A DNA stretch of 64,000 nucleotides from an uncultured Alphaproteobacteria bacterium (GTDB lineage: Bacteria; Pseudomonadota; Alphaproteobacteria; RF32; CAG-239). Each line of letters starts with the position of its first letter. Within the stretch, counting starts at the first letter, position 1. A program made the translations under genes and the position numbers. The stretch spans positions 712 to 64,711 of the forward strand of contig CAJTJB010000004.1 in assembly GCA_910576955.1 (NCBI GenBank), read 5' to 3'. Of the stretch, positions 19,667 to 28,265 are shown piece by piece. Under the pieces are notes generated by a model. It ran no database searches. It was given only the letters and a program-made list of their open reading frames with translations, and had not been told where the DNA came from.

Positions 19667-21277
19667 CTATTTTTTGCAGGGTTCTAATATGTCCAGTGTT
19701 TTATCGTATGTGCGGGTGCGTATGTTTAAGAGCGAGAGGACGGTGTGGAAGAAGTTATCGTGCGCGTATGCCGTTTTTGCTGCGGCGTTTTTAAGGCATT
19801 CCATATCTATCTTATCTGCTTGTTGCGCGGTTTCCGAGAGCCACAGCACCATCGGCACTTTTTTCTGCACATCGGGCGCAATTGCATATGGCAGCCCGTG
19901 CAAATACAGGTTTTTCTCGCCCAAAGATTCGCCGTGGTCGGATACATAAAGCAGCCCGCTTGCAAGCCGAGGATGGCGTTTTAACATATCTATCGCCGAG
20001 GAAAGGATATAATCGGTATACACAAGCGTGTTGTCATAGGTGTTGGCAATTTCTTCTGCGGTGCAGTTTTGCAAATCCGCCGTGTCGCAGGTGGGGGCAA
20101 AGTGCTTAAACCGCTCGGGGTAGCGCTTGTAATATGTCGGACCGTGGCTGCCCATCATATGCAGCACAATCACCGTGTCTTTGTTAATTGCGGCAAGGCG
20201 CTCTTTAAGCCCGTCAAGCAGAATTTCATCGTGGCAATAGCGCCCGAAACAAAACGGCGCTTTGTTGCCGGTTTTGGCATCAACATTTTCCACCCGGTCG
20301 CACACGCCTTTGCAGCCGTCGTCATTGTCTTTCCAAAACACATCGTATTCGGCGGCTTTGATAAGGTCGATTAAGTTTTGTGTATGCCGCGCGCGGGATA
20401 CCTTAAACTCTTTGCGCGCGCTCGCCGAAAACAAACAAGGCAACGAAACGGCGGTTGAGGTGCCGCACGCTGTCACGTCGGTGAAATTGACAATATCCTG
20501 CGTTTTTAAGAGCGGATTGGTTTCTTTGCCATAGCCGTTTAACGAGAAATTTTGCGCGCGTGCCGTTTCGCCGACAACAAGCAGCAAAACGCGCGGTTTT
20601 TTGTGCGGCTTGGCGAGGGCTGGGGCGTTGTCCAATACCACAAAAGGCTGATTTGCCGCACGGCTCTTTTTATAATATTTATTCACTGCAAAAATGTAAT
20701 TAAACGTGTTCACCATACGGCGGATGCCGGGGGTGTTGCGCCCGAATGAAACATATTCTTTGAAAGTCAGCGGCGCAAGCGCGGCAAGGAGGGTGATTGC
20801 ACACAATGAGCGTCGCAAACGTTTGAAAAACTCTTGTTTTAGCGGCTCGTAAGTTATTTTTGCAAAGGCTGTCAAAATTGCCGGCACAAGCCCCGTTGCT
20901 GCCACATAAAACACTGCCCGCGGCGTGATAAGGTCTGCGGCTTCGCGGAGGTTGGTTTCGGCAAAATTCCGCACCATATCGCTGTTAATCACAATTCCCA
21001 ATTTGGTCATTGCGTAATCCGCCGCCGCCGAACAAAGCAACAGGATAATGACCAGAGGCTTGCCCGCATAAGGGAGGACAATCAGGTTAAAAAACACATA
21101 AAGCATTATGAACACAAAAAAAGGCAGGCTGAACGCAAACACGGCTGTGGCGGTGTTGCCGATATCAAGCCTTTGCTCGATACAATCCCAAAACGCGTTG
21201 TTCAGAATGAATGAAAAGTAAAAGCTGATAATGATGATAAAGTGTCCGGATGACAGCGTGAACAGCTTTTTTGCCAT
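19667..21277 (-). CDS. eptA: lipid A phosphoethanolamine transferase (EptA/LptA family)
   Basis: N-terminal 5-TM domain + sulfatase-like domain; very strong similarity to Neisseria LptA (LLVVGETARA.NF.LNGY, HMMGSHGPTYYKRYP, VSDHGESLG). Confidence 0.9.
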   Translation of the reverse strand: MAKKLFTLSSGHFIIIISFYFSFILNNAFWDCIEQRLDIGNTATAVFAFSLPFFVFIMLYVFFNLIVLPYAGKPLVIILLLCSAAADYAMTKLGIVINSDMVRNFAETNLREAADLITPRAVFYVAATGLVPAILTAFAKITYEPLKQEFFKRLRRSLCAITLLAALAPLTFKEYVSFGRNTPGIRRMVNTFNYIFAVNKYYKKSRAANQPFVVLDNAPALAKPHKKPRVLLLVVGETARAQNFSLNGYGKETNPLLKTQDIVNFTDVTACGTSTAVSLPCLFSASARKEFKVSRARHTQNLIDLIKAAEYDVFWKDNDDGCKGVCDRVENVDAKTGNKAPFCFGRYCHDEILLDGLKERLAAINKDTVIVLHMMGSHGPTYYKRYPERFKHFAPTCDTADLQNCTAEEIANTYDNTLVYTDYILSSAIDMLKRHPRLASGLLYVSDHGESLGEKNLYLHGLPYAIAPDVQKKVPMVLWLSETAQQADKIDMECLKNAAAKTAYAHDNFFHTVLSLLNIRTRTYDKTLDILEPCKK

Positions 21278-21374
21278 ATATGATTATCCTTTTTATGATA
21301 GTTCTCAACTTTTGTTGATATTATGTCTTTTTTCTCAAAAATCAACCGGCAGGCGGAGAATAAGCACAATGTTT

Positions 21375-21929
21375 TTAGTTTTCGTTCCGACGCATGGAGT
21401 ATACGCAGCCGCAGTAATCCTGATTATACAATCCGAGTTCTTTGATGAGCGATAAGCGGGCTTCCTGCATACCGTGTTTTCTGCCCTCTATCTCAACATA
21501 CGGGACGCCAGCGGCGGCAGAGGCTTTGTATGCGGCGGCGTTGACTTGGTTTAAGTCTTTCCAGCGCGACACGCCCAAAACCGACGCTACGGCGGTATAT
21601 CCGTTTGCTTTGGCATAGTCCATTACCCGCTTGAGGCGATATTCAAAACACTTTGAGCAGCGTTCGCCGCGTTCGGGCGCGTCTTTATACGGTTCTGCCA
21701 TCTTGAGCCAGTCGGCGGGATTATATTCGAGCTCGATAAACGCAATGCCCCATTTTTCGCACAGATTTTTTTGCTCGTCACGGCGTTTGGCATATTCAGC
21801 GGCGGGGTGAATGTTCGGGTTATAAAACGCCACGGCAAAATCCGCCCCGTCTTCGTGCAGCTTTTTAATAACGGCACAGGCACACGGCGCACAACACGAC
21901 AGCAAGAGAATTTTTTGTGTTTCAGGCAT
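21375..21929 (-). CDS. queH: epoxyqueuosine reductase QueH (DUF208)
   Basis: LLLSCCAPCA Cys-cluster N-terminus, C-terminal CGC; typical 184-aa size. Confidence 0.85.
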   Translation of the reverse strand: MPETQKILLLSCCAPCACAVIKKLHEDGADFAVAFYNPNIHPAAEYAKRRDEQKNLCEKWGIAFIELEYNPADWLKMAEPYKDAPERGERCSKCFEYRLKRVMDYAKANGYTAVASVLGVSRWKDLNQVNAAAYKASAAAGVPYVEIEGRKHGMQEARLSLIKELGLYNQDYCGCVYSMRRNEN

Positions 21930-21952
21930 TGTCTATCCTTTTTATTTTACAG

Positions 21953-22141
21953 GTCATTGCGAGGAGGGGCGTCACCTGCAACACGGCGATGCGGCAATCT
22001 CTTTCTTTACACGAGTCATTGCGAGGAACGCAGTGACGTGGCAATCTCAAGAGAGTATAGTATAATAATGTGTGCTGTCGCACCGGTCTTGTGGATTGCC
22101 ACAGCGATGTGTGACTAACGTCACGCGCCTCGCAATGACGC
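21953..22141. repeat. 'GTCATTGCGAGG' palindromic element family: two direct copies plus one inverted copy forming a MITE-like structure (~40-bp inverted ends around a 45-bp core)
   Basis: GTCATTGCGAGGA(A/G)CG.AGTGACG.GGCAATC units at 21957, 22013 (+) and 22099-22141 (inverted); same family at 32455, 53707, 55536-55810. Confidence 0.75.
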
Positions 22142-22170
22142 ATAGATAATAATTGTTATTAGATATTATA

Positions 22171-22192
22171 AAAAAAAAACACCGCGAGGGTG
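22171..22192 (-). terminator. intrinsic terminator for tRNA-Ala(GGC) (CACC-CTCGCG-GGTG + T9 on minus strand)
   Basis: Hairpin plus T-run 30 nt downstream of tRNA 3' end. Confidence 0.6.
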
Positions 22193-22220
22193 CTTTTGTG
22201 CCAGCGGCACTTGCAAATAT

Positions 22221-22296
<76 letters not shown>

Positions 22297-22315
22297 ATAT
22301 CTTCAAGATGTATCT

Positions 22316-22344
22316 TTCTTATAGGCTTTTATTATGCTTGTCAA
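22316..22344 (-). promoter_or_regulatory. candidate sigma70 promoter for tRNA-Ala(GGC): TTGACA-17-TAAGAA
   Basis: Read on minus strand about 20 nt upstream of tRNA 5' end. Confidence 0.35.
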
Positions 22345-22423
22345 GTGTTTTTTTACGGATGAATAACTTGACTTTAATGCGGAAAAAATGTATCCTTTTA
22401 TGTAAGATATGCGGAGGGCTGTG

Positions 22424-23215
22424 ATGGTTGAATATTCCGAAGATGCGTGGCTTAAATATAAAAAAAGAGCGCAGGAACGCGTGGAGCAAAAGTATGAACG
22501 TATGCAGCAACAGATGGCGGAAAGCGTTTCTTTTGCTCAAGATGCAGACGCGCAGGCGCTTAAGGGTTTTAGGCAAAAACTGGAGGCGAAAATTAAAAAG
22601 GCGCAGATTGCCCAATATGCGTATGAAACGGAATATCTGCAAAACAGATTTATCCGCCCGCGGACTGAAGCTGATATGGCGTATAGACTCAGACAAGACA
22701 AAGAATTTGCCAAGAATGTGCAAAATGCCATGCCGCCAAAGATGAACCTTTTGTTTCACGGGACACCGATTTATAATGCCGAGAAAATTATTGCCGCCCG
22801 AGGGCTTATGTCTTCCGTTGACAGACTTGGCTTTGAAACGTCTATGGACGGCGGCGGGCAGGTTTCCGTTACCACAAATAAAACGCTTAATGTTACGGTG
22901 GAGGGATATGCGGATTTGAATGCTGCGGAGGGATATTTGCCGGCGGGGTGCATTTTTGCAATGAAAGCGAAAACTCCGAACGAGGGGGAAAATCTGGTTA
23001 CCGATAATGTTGATTTTAATGAGCCGGACAGGTTGTATGCGGTTATAACAACTCCCGAGAATCTGAACCGCGTGCGGGGGTGGATGCAAAATGCCGGATT
23101 GGATGCCTCTCGGGTGCATGATTTTGACGGTTTTGTTGATATGTTAAAAAAGGAAAACACCAGAAACAATGCGATGTTTGCAACGGTTATGCGCAACGCA
23201 CAGGTGCAGAAATAG
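22424..23215 (+). CDS. orphan protein with N-terminal coiled-coil and H-G-T motif (possible ADP-ribosyltransferase-like fold)
   Basis: Start at MVEYSED (GGAGGG RBS); LLFHGTPIYNAEKIIAARGL resembles the NAD-binding H-G-[ST] motif of PARP/diphtheria-toxin-type ARTs; no other recognisable domain. Confidence 0.55.
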   Translation: MVEYSEDAWLKYKKRAQERVEQKYERMQQQMAESVSFAQDADAQALKGFRQKLEAKIKKAQIAQYAYETEYLQNRFIRPRTEADMAYRLRQDKEFAKNVQNAMPPKMNLLFHGTPIYNAEKIIAARGLMSSVDRLGFETSMDGGGQVSVTTNKTLNVTVEGYADLNAAEGYLPAGCIFAMKAKTPNEGENLVTDNVDFNEPDRLYAVITTPENLNRVRGWMQNAGLDASRVHDFDGFVDMLKKENTRNNAMFATVMRNAQVQK

Positions 23216-23295
23216 GCGGCTTGACCCGAAAAAAGGCAAAAAAGCAAAAAAATGCTTGTATTTATTTTTTTACCGGTGTAGAAAGGCGTTATTGC

Positions 23296-23371
23296 GGGGG
23301 TATAGCTCAGATGGGAGAGCGATTGGTTCGCAATCAATAGGTCAGGGGTTCGATCCCCCTTACCTCCACCA
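23296..23371 (+). tRNA. tRNA-Ala (anticodon CGC), CCA encoded
   Basis: GGGGGTA acceptor with G3:U70, anticodon loop TT-CGC-AA, T-arm GGTTCGATCCC. Confidence 0.9.
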
Positions 23372-23381
23372 GTTAGAAAAG

Positions 23382-23406
23382 ACACCCTTTATGGGTGTTT
23401 TTTTTA
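23382..23406 (+). terminator. intrinsic terminator after tRNA-Ala(CGC) (ACACCC-TTTAT-GGGTGT + T8)
   Basis: Perfect 6-bp stem and T-run 10 nt after tRNA 3' end. Confidence 0.8.
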
Positions 23407-24060
23407 TATAGCTTTCATATTTTCCCCCTCTCCCTTACCTCCCCCGCCAAGGGGGGAGGAGGTTTTTGCCGCAAGGGATTCCCCTTCTCCAGGAGGAAAT
23501 GAGGCTTTTTTTGGGGGGGGAGATTTAAAAAGCGATCCTCGCCAAGGGGGGGGGAGGAGGTTTTTGCCGCAAGGGATTCCCCTTCCCGCGGAGGAAGGGG
23601 ATAGGGGATGGGGAGAGGATATTTCCTTGTAGTGGGAGATCCCTTGACGGGGTTTTGCCCCGAGGGATGACATTTAAAAAAGAGAGGAGGTTGGAGGAAG
23701 TAAGTATTATCAATAAGGGTTCCTCTCCCTTGAGGGGGCTCGCAGGACACAAAAAGCCCTGTGGGCTCTTTTGACCGAGAGCTATAGCAGTGCTTGGAGT
23801 GCGACTTGGCGGTAACGCCAACCAAGCAATCCTTTGCACTGGCTTGACCGAACGGAGTGAGAAGGACAGGAGAGGGTGTAAAGGTAAGGCTTTTATATAT
23901 CCCCCCCCACCCATCCTCCCCCCTCAAAGGGGGAGGGGACAAAAAGCGGGGCTTGCGCTGGGGGAGGGAGTAAGTATTATCAATAAGGGTTTCTCTCCCT
24001 TGAGGGGACAGGAGAGGGTGATTGATATAGCCGCTAAATTCTCTCCAATAAAAAAAGAGG
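23400..24060. repeat. composite BIME-like repeat cluster with reverse copy of structured terminator element (about 23745..23890)
   Basis: Same submodules as 10690-11145 and 19110-19660; 886-bp ORF-free region. Confidence 0.8.
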
Positions 24061-24102
24061 AGCCGGATAAGCCCCTCTCTTTTGTATCGTTATGCGCTTA
24101 AA

Positions 24103-24636
24103 TTAGAAAGCGTATCTGAAACCGATGGTGAATTCATCCATAGAGTCGATGTCAGATTTAACCATCCAAACGTGATGATACATCGCGCGGATAGATGTGT
24201 TTTCAGACAATGCATACTGCAAGCCGCCACCTAAACGATAGCCGTAACCAGTGTCAGATTCGCCATCTTCAGCGGAGTTTGCTTTAATCTTGTATTCGCC
24301 AATACCGGCAGCACCAACGAGTTCCCAACGGCCGGAGCAACCCAACTGCTGGAATGCCAAAGCGTCTACGCCATAACCGGAAATACGGGTTGCAGCGTCA
24401 GCCTTATGCTGTCTTAAGCTGTTCATATAGAAAGCTTCAATACCATAATGGTCTGTTCTGGCACCCAAAACAGCTGCCAAAGACCAGTTTTTTGTGCTCA
24501 AATCACCATTAGTATCAGTATTGCCGTCTACCATAGCATAGCCAGCGTCCATACCAACATAAGGAGTCATATCAACAGCTTCTGCGTTTGCAGCAACCAT
24601 TCCGGCAAGTCCTGCCAATAATAAAATTTTCTTCAT
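24103..24636 (-). CDS. small outer-membrane beta-barrel protein (OmpA-like/Opa-like barrel family)
   Basis: Signal peptide MKKILLLAGLAGMVAANA, alternating amphipathic beta strands, C-terminal aromatic terminus ..GFRYAF. Confidence 0.75.
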   Translation of the reverse strand: MKKILLLAGLAGMVAANAEAVDMTPYVGMDAGYAMVDGNTDTNGDLSTKNWSLAAVLGARTDHYGIEAFYMNSLRQHKADAATRISGYGVDALAFQQLGCSGRWELVGAAGIGEYKIKANSAEDGESDTGYGYRLGGGLQYALSENTSIRAMYHHVWMVKSDIDSMDEFTIGFRYAF

Positions 24637-24815
24637 TTAAGAGTTCCTCTCACTAATATTAGAAATTATCGTTAATAATAAAACGATGCCTCAACTTTAG
24701 TCGATATTTTGCTATTTGCAAGCAAAATTTTGCGTTTTTGGGAATAAAAAGTCCTTTAATCGGTATATTTTGCGATTATATTACCCGAGAATCACGGAAT
24801 GAGGAGGAGAATTCA

Positions 24816-25730
24816 ATGCGTTATGTACAATTAAATAACGAAACGAAAATGCCGGTTATCGGGCTCGGAACGTGGAAAAGCGCGCCGTCAGAAGTTTACA
24901 GCGCCATCCGCTGGGCCTTAAAACTCGGCTATACGCACTTTGACTGCGCGGCGGTTTATAACAACGAAGAGCCCGTCGGGCAGGCGCTTGCCGACGCTAT
25001 GCGCGAGGACGGGTTGAAACGCGAGGATATTTTTGTGACTTCCAAACTCTGGAACAACGCGCACAAAAAAGAGGATGTCCGCCCCGCCTTTGAAGAAACG
25101 CTCAAACGTTTGCAGCTTGAGTATCTGGATTTGTATCTCATCCACTGGCCGGTGGCGCAGAAAAAAGAGGCGGTGATGCCGCTTGCCCCCGAGGATATGC
25201 TTTCGCTTGAAGATGCGCCGCTTGCCGACACCTGGCAGGCGATGGAAGAGCTGTATAACGCGGGTTTGTGCAAAGCCATCGGCGTTTCGAACTTTGGCGA
25301 AAAGCACTTGACCGAGCTGATGATGACGGCGGAAATCAACCCGATGGTCAACCAATTTGAGTGTCATCCTTATCTGCCGCAGGAAGAGCTGGTTGCCTAT
25401 TGCCAAAAGAATATGATTGCGGTGACGGCGTATGCGCCATTGGGTTCGGGCAGCGGGGTGATGCTTGAAGACGCAACCGTCCGCAAGATTGCCGAGAAAA
25501 ACAATGCCACGTCGGCGCAAGTGTTGCTTGCTTTCAACATCCAGCGCAACATTGCAGTTATCCCCAAAGCGGTTAATGAAAAACATTTGCAAGAGAATAT
25601 TGCCGCGCTCAATGTGGAGTTGGACGAAGAAGATATGAAAGAACTTGCGGCGCTTAATAAAAACGAGCGTTTTCTTACCGCAGATGTGTTTGAAATCGGA
25701 CCATATAAGGGACAGAGTATCTTTATGTAA
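24816..25730 (+). CDS. aldo/keto reductase family oxidoreductase
   Basis: Start at MRYVQL (GAGGAGG RBS); AKR motifs GLGTWK, catalytic tetrad region (D..Y..K..H), IHWP. Confidence 0.85.
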   Translation: MRYVQLNNETKMPVIGLGTWKSAPSEVYSAIRWALKLGYTHFDCAAVYNNEEPVGQALADAMREDGLKREDIFVTSKLWNNAHKKEDVRPAFEETLKRLQLEYLDLYLIHWPVAQKKEAVMPLAPEDMLSLEDAPLADTWQAMEELYNAGLCKAIGVSNFGEKHLTELMMTAEINPMVNQFECHPYLPQEELVAYCQKNMIAVTAYAPLGSGSGVMLEDATVRKIAEKNNATSAQVLLAFNIQRNIAVIPKAVNEKHLQENIAALNVELDEEDMKELAALNKNERFLTADVFEIGPYKGQSIFM

Positions 25731-25791
25731 AAATAAATCTCCGCATTTTTAACAGGTTAGCCGTATATATGAAATATTTTTGACAAAACAG

Positions 25792-25820
25792 TTGACAGAA
25801 CTCTAAAAGCGGTTTAACAT
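25792..25820 (+). promoter_or_regulatory. candidate sigma70 promoter TTGACA-17-TAACAT
   Basis: Two overlapping TTGACA hexamers 45-70 nt upstream of ORF 25864. Confidence 0.3.
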
Positions 25821-25863
25821 ACGGTTTACAAAACTTACTATTGTTTCATTTAAATCAATTCTT

Positions 25864-26148
25864 ATGACTGTGGAATTATGTATCAGTGAAAAGAAATGGG
25901 GGCCGATAAATGCCGCTCTCTATCTGACAGACCGCAACACGATTATCGTCAAAGGCGTATTCTTTGATGAGGAGCGTAACAAGGAGTATCCCGGACCGAA
26001 CTATGAAGTCGCCCAGCTTGCTCCCGAACTCATTGACATCAAAAACGACCAGCCACAGCGCTATCTGCGCACTGCCAAGTGGCGGCGTTTTATCAGAGAG
26101 CTGTGGAAGATTGTCGAAGACAATCCGTGGTTCAGATATCCCGCGTGA
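25864..26148 (+). CDS. small hypothetical protein (94 aa)
   Basis: ORF with downstream terminator; no clear RBS, no domain. Confidence 0.4.
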   Translation: MTVELCISEKKWGPINAALYLTDRNTIIVKGVFFDEERNKEYPGPNYEVAQLAPELIDIKNDQPQRYLRTAKWRRFIRELWKIVEDNPWFRYPA

Positions 26149-26175
26149 CACGGCTTCCCCTCTTTTCTTAAAAAA

Positions 26176-26202
26176 GGCGTCCTTTATCGGATGCCTTTTT
26201 TG
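26176..26202 (+). terminator. intrinsic terminator (GGCGTCC-TTTATC-GGATGCC + T7)
   Basis: Hairpin with one G·U, T-run. Confidence 0.65.
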
Positions 26203-26224
26203 TTGGTTGGGGAGGTTTACCCTC

Positions 26225-26253
26225 TTGACATTTCTGACAGAGTGTGTTATCAA
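26225..26253 (+). promoter_or_regulatory. candidate sigma70 promoter TTGACA-17-TATCAA driving leader upstream of GH24 gene
   Basis: Consensus -35, good -10, 17-nt spacer; followed about 35 nt later by a terminator hairpin. Confidence 0.45.
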
Positions 26254-26287
26254 ACTTTTCATAATGGTAAATTATGCCATTATGAAA

Positions 26288-26315
26288 GGTCTCCCGCAAC
26301 GGAGACTTTTTTTTT
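26288..26315 (+). terminator. intrinsic terminator (GGTCTCC-CGCAAC-GGAGAC + T9)
   Basis: Perfect stem, long T-run. Confidence 0.75.
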
Positions 26316-26332
26316 CATTCATAACTAAACCG

Positions 26333-26370
26333 GAGCCGTACGCTGTTGTGCGGCTCTTTTTTTATTTTTT
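26333..26370 (+). terminator. intrinsic terminator/attenuator (GAGCCG-12nt-CGGCTC + T7AT6) 15 nt before GH24 gene start
   Basis: 6-bp GC stem and T-rich tail; no room for a promoter before ATG at 26385. Confidence 0.55.
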
Positions 26371-26384
26371 GAAAGGAAACTTAA

Positions 26385-27494
26385 ATGACTGATACTTTTG
26401 ACGGTGTCAAAGAATACAAATGCCTTATTCAAAATGCTCAAGATCGTACCGAGCAAAAACGGAAAATGCGCGAACTGATGGTAAAATACGGCGAAACCGA
26501 GTTAGATATTGAAAACCATGCAACGCCTGTTGACTATATGAACTTTTTGATGGCAGGCGGACGCGATGTGTTGAAGATGGTACAAAAAGAGAATATGATG
26601 GAAAGGATAACCTCTCCATATCCGCAAACGCCGATGCCGACAGCAGCCCGCGGCAATCCGGAATATACAATATCTAATGCAAACTCGTTGTTTGAAAAAG
26701 GAATATTGGATGATATAGATAATCCCCAAGTGTGCGAACGTAAAGTCACAGCCAATGGTGTGTGTAAGATTGAACGTTTTGATAAAGATGAGTTTATGGG
26801 TAAGATGAAACCGATTATCAAAAAGCACGAAGGGATTATATTGCATCCGTATGTTGACACGGCAGATGTATCAACTGTCGGACCGGGGATAAACATCGAT
26901 TCGAACGCAGAGGGTGTTGAGTGGCTGCAGCTTAACCCGAAAACCAACAAACTTCGTCCGTTAAACCCTGATAAGCCAGAGGATAAAGCGATTATTGATG
27001 CCGAACTTGCCAGACTTGAACCATATAAGAATGGCAATAAAAGGGGAGCGGATTTCTTTAAAGATAAGACAAATCTGCGTATTTCGGTTGAAAATGCCGA
27101 TCAACTTTATCGCAGTCGAGTGGATGGTTTTATTCAAGATATTAACGGTATTATCGACGATTTTAATGATCATTTGGGCGAAGAAGAAGGGTATATTGAT
27201 TCTTTTGAACGTTTGCCCGAAAATCTGCAAATAGTTTTGGTTGATATGGTGTATAATCTGGGTAAGACGGGGTTTGATTGGAAACAAAAGACTGAAACCA
27301 GAAAAGATGGTTCCATAAAAAAATATGGCTATCCTAATTTTTGGAAAGCTTTAGCTCATCGAGATGTGAACAAAATGATGGAACAATGTATCCGAAATAA
27401 AGACGATAAAGGATTTGTTGGGCGAAATAAAGCCATTCAAGAACTTATTCGCGAGACACCTGATGATTGGACTAAAAAAGGCTTGAAAAAATAA
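26385..27494 (+). CDS. GH24 (T4/lambda-lysozyme-like) muramidase-domain protein with ~130-aa N-terminal domain of unknown function
   Basis: KHEGIILHPYVDTADVSTVGPGINI aligns to T4L [24 protein letters not shown] (catalytic Glu/Asp/Thr positions conserved); later VLVDMVYNLGKTGF matches the lysozyme helix; GAAAGGAAA RBS; GC ~42%. Confidence 0.75.
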   Translation: MTDTFDGVKEYKCLIQNAQDRTEQKRKMRELMVKYGETELDIENHATPVDYMNFLMAGGRDVLKMVQKENMMERITSPYPQTPMPTAARGNPEYTISNANSLFEKGILDDIDNPQVCERKVTANGVCKIERFDKDEFMGKMKPIIKKHEGIILHPYVDTADVSTVGPGINIDSNAEGVEWLQLNPKTNKLRPLNPDKPEDKAIIDAELARLEPYKNGNKRGADFFKDKTNLRISVENADQLYRSRVDGFIQDINGIIDDFNDHLGEEEGYIDSFERLPENLQIVLVDMVYNLGKTGFDWKQKTETRKDGSIKKYGYPNFWKALAHRDVNKMMEQCIRNKDDKGFVGRNKAIQELIRETPDDWTKKGLKK

Positions 27495-27546
27495 CCAAGC
27501 CAATTTATACTGCAAGGCATAATTTGTTAAAGGAGAAAATCTGATG
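27471..27546. repeat. 76-bp direct repeat, copy 1 (3' end of GH24 gene + RBS + ATG of next gene)
   Basis: 73/76 identical to 28190..28265. Confidence 0.85.
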
Positions 27547-28179
27547 CGCCGGTTATGCCTTGCGGTTTTATTTTGTTTGTTATCTGTTGTTCCGGTGAGA
27601 GCGGATTTAAATGCCTTGTTTATTCGTTTAGAATGTAATAGAGATCTTGGGTTATTGGATATTCAGTATAATAACATTTTTGAAGGTACTAAAGCTTATC
27701 AATATTTTGAAAAAAATAAAAATGTTTACAATTATAATATCGACAAATCGAAAGATGATATTGCGGATATAGAGTTACTTAATGGATATTTTTACAGTGA
27801 ACCGTATGAGTTTCATTGTCAGCTTTCTCCGACACAAAAATATGATGTTGTTGTTACAAATAATGATAAAGTTGATTGTTTGAATGATCGAGGATTTATA
27901 GTGAATATTACACGACATATAGATGATGATTCAACGGAAACAAACAGAATTTTGGTTAAAGATTTACCGATAGGCTGTGAGGCTTTAACAGATCGTATAA
28001 CTGTGGTACCCGATGATTATAATGATTATGATGATTTATACTCATATATTGTATTTGAACAACATCCAGAGATTGCATCTGCTTTGGGGAAAGTTACCAC
28101 TCCTATTACTGTTGAAACAATAAAAAAACAATATGAAAAAAGTCGAAATTTTAATAATTCTTCTACAGAAAATGAATAA
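27544..28179 (+). CDS. secreted hypothetical protein (candidate periplasmic immunity protein)
   Basis: Signal peptide MRRLCLAVLFCLLSVVPVRA; AAAGGAG RBS; GC ~33%; flanked by 76-bp direct repeats. Confidence 0.6.
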   Translation: MRRLCLAVLFCLLSVVPVRADLNALFIRLECNRDLGLLDIQYNNIFEGTKAYQYFEKNKNVYNYNIDKSKDDIADIELLNGYFYSEPYEFHCQLSPTQKYDVVVTNNDKVDCLNDRGFIVNITRHIDDDSTETNRILVKDLPIGCEALTDRITVVPDDYNDYDDLYSYIVFEQHPEIASALGKVTTPITVETIKKQYEKSRNFNNSSTENE

Positions 28180-28189
28180 ATTTCCGAAA

Positions 28190-28265
28190 ACTAAAAACCG
28201 CTTGAAAAAATAACCAAGCCAATTTATACTGCAAGGCATAATTTATTAAAGGAGAAAATCTGATG
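28190..28265. repeat. 76-bp direct repeat, copy 2
   Basis: Includes RBS and ATG, followed by a 22-codon ORF. Confidence 0.85.
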
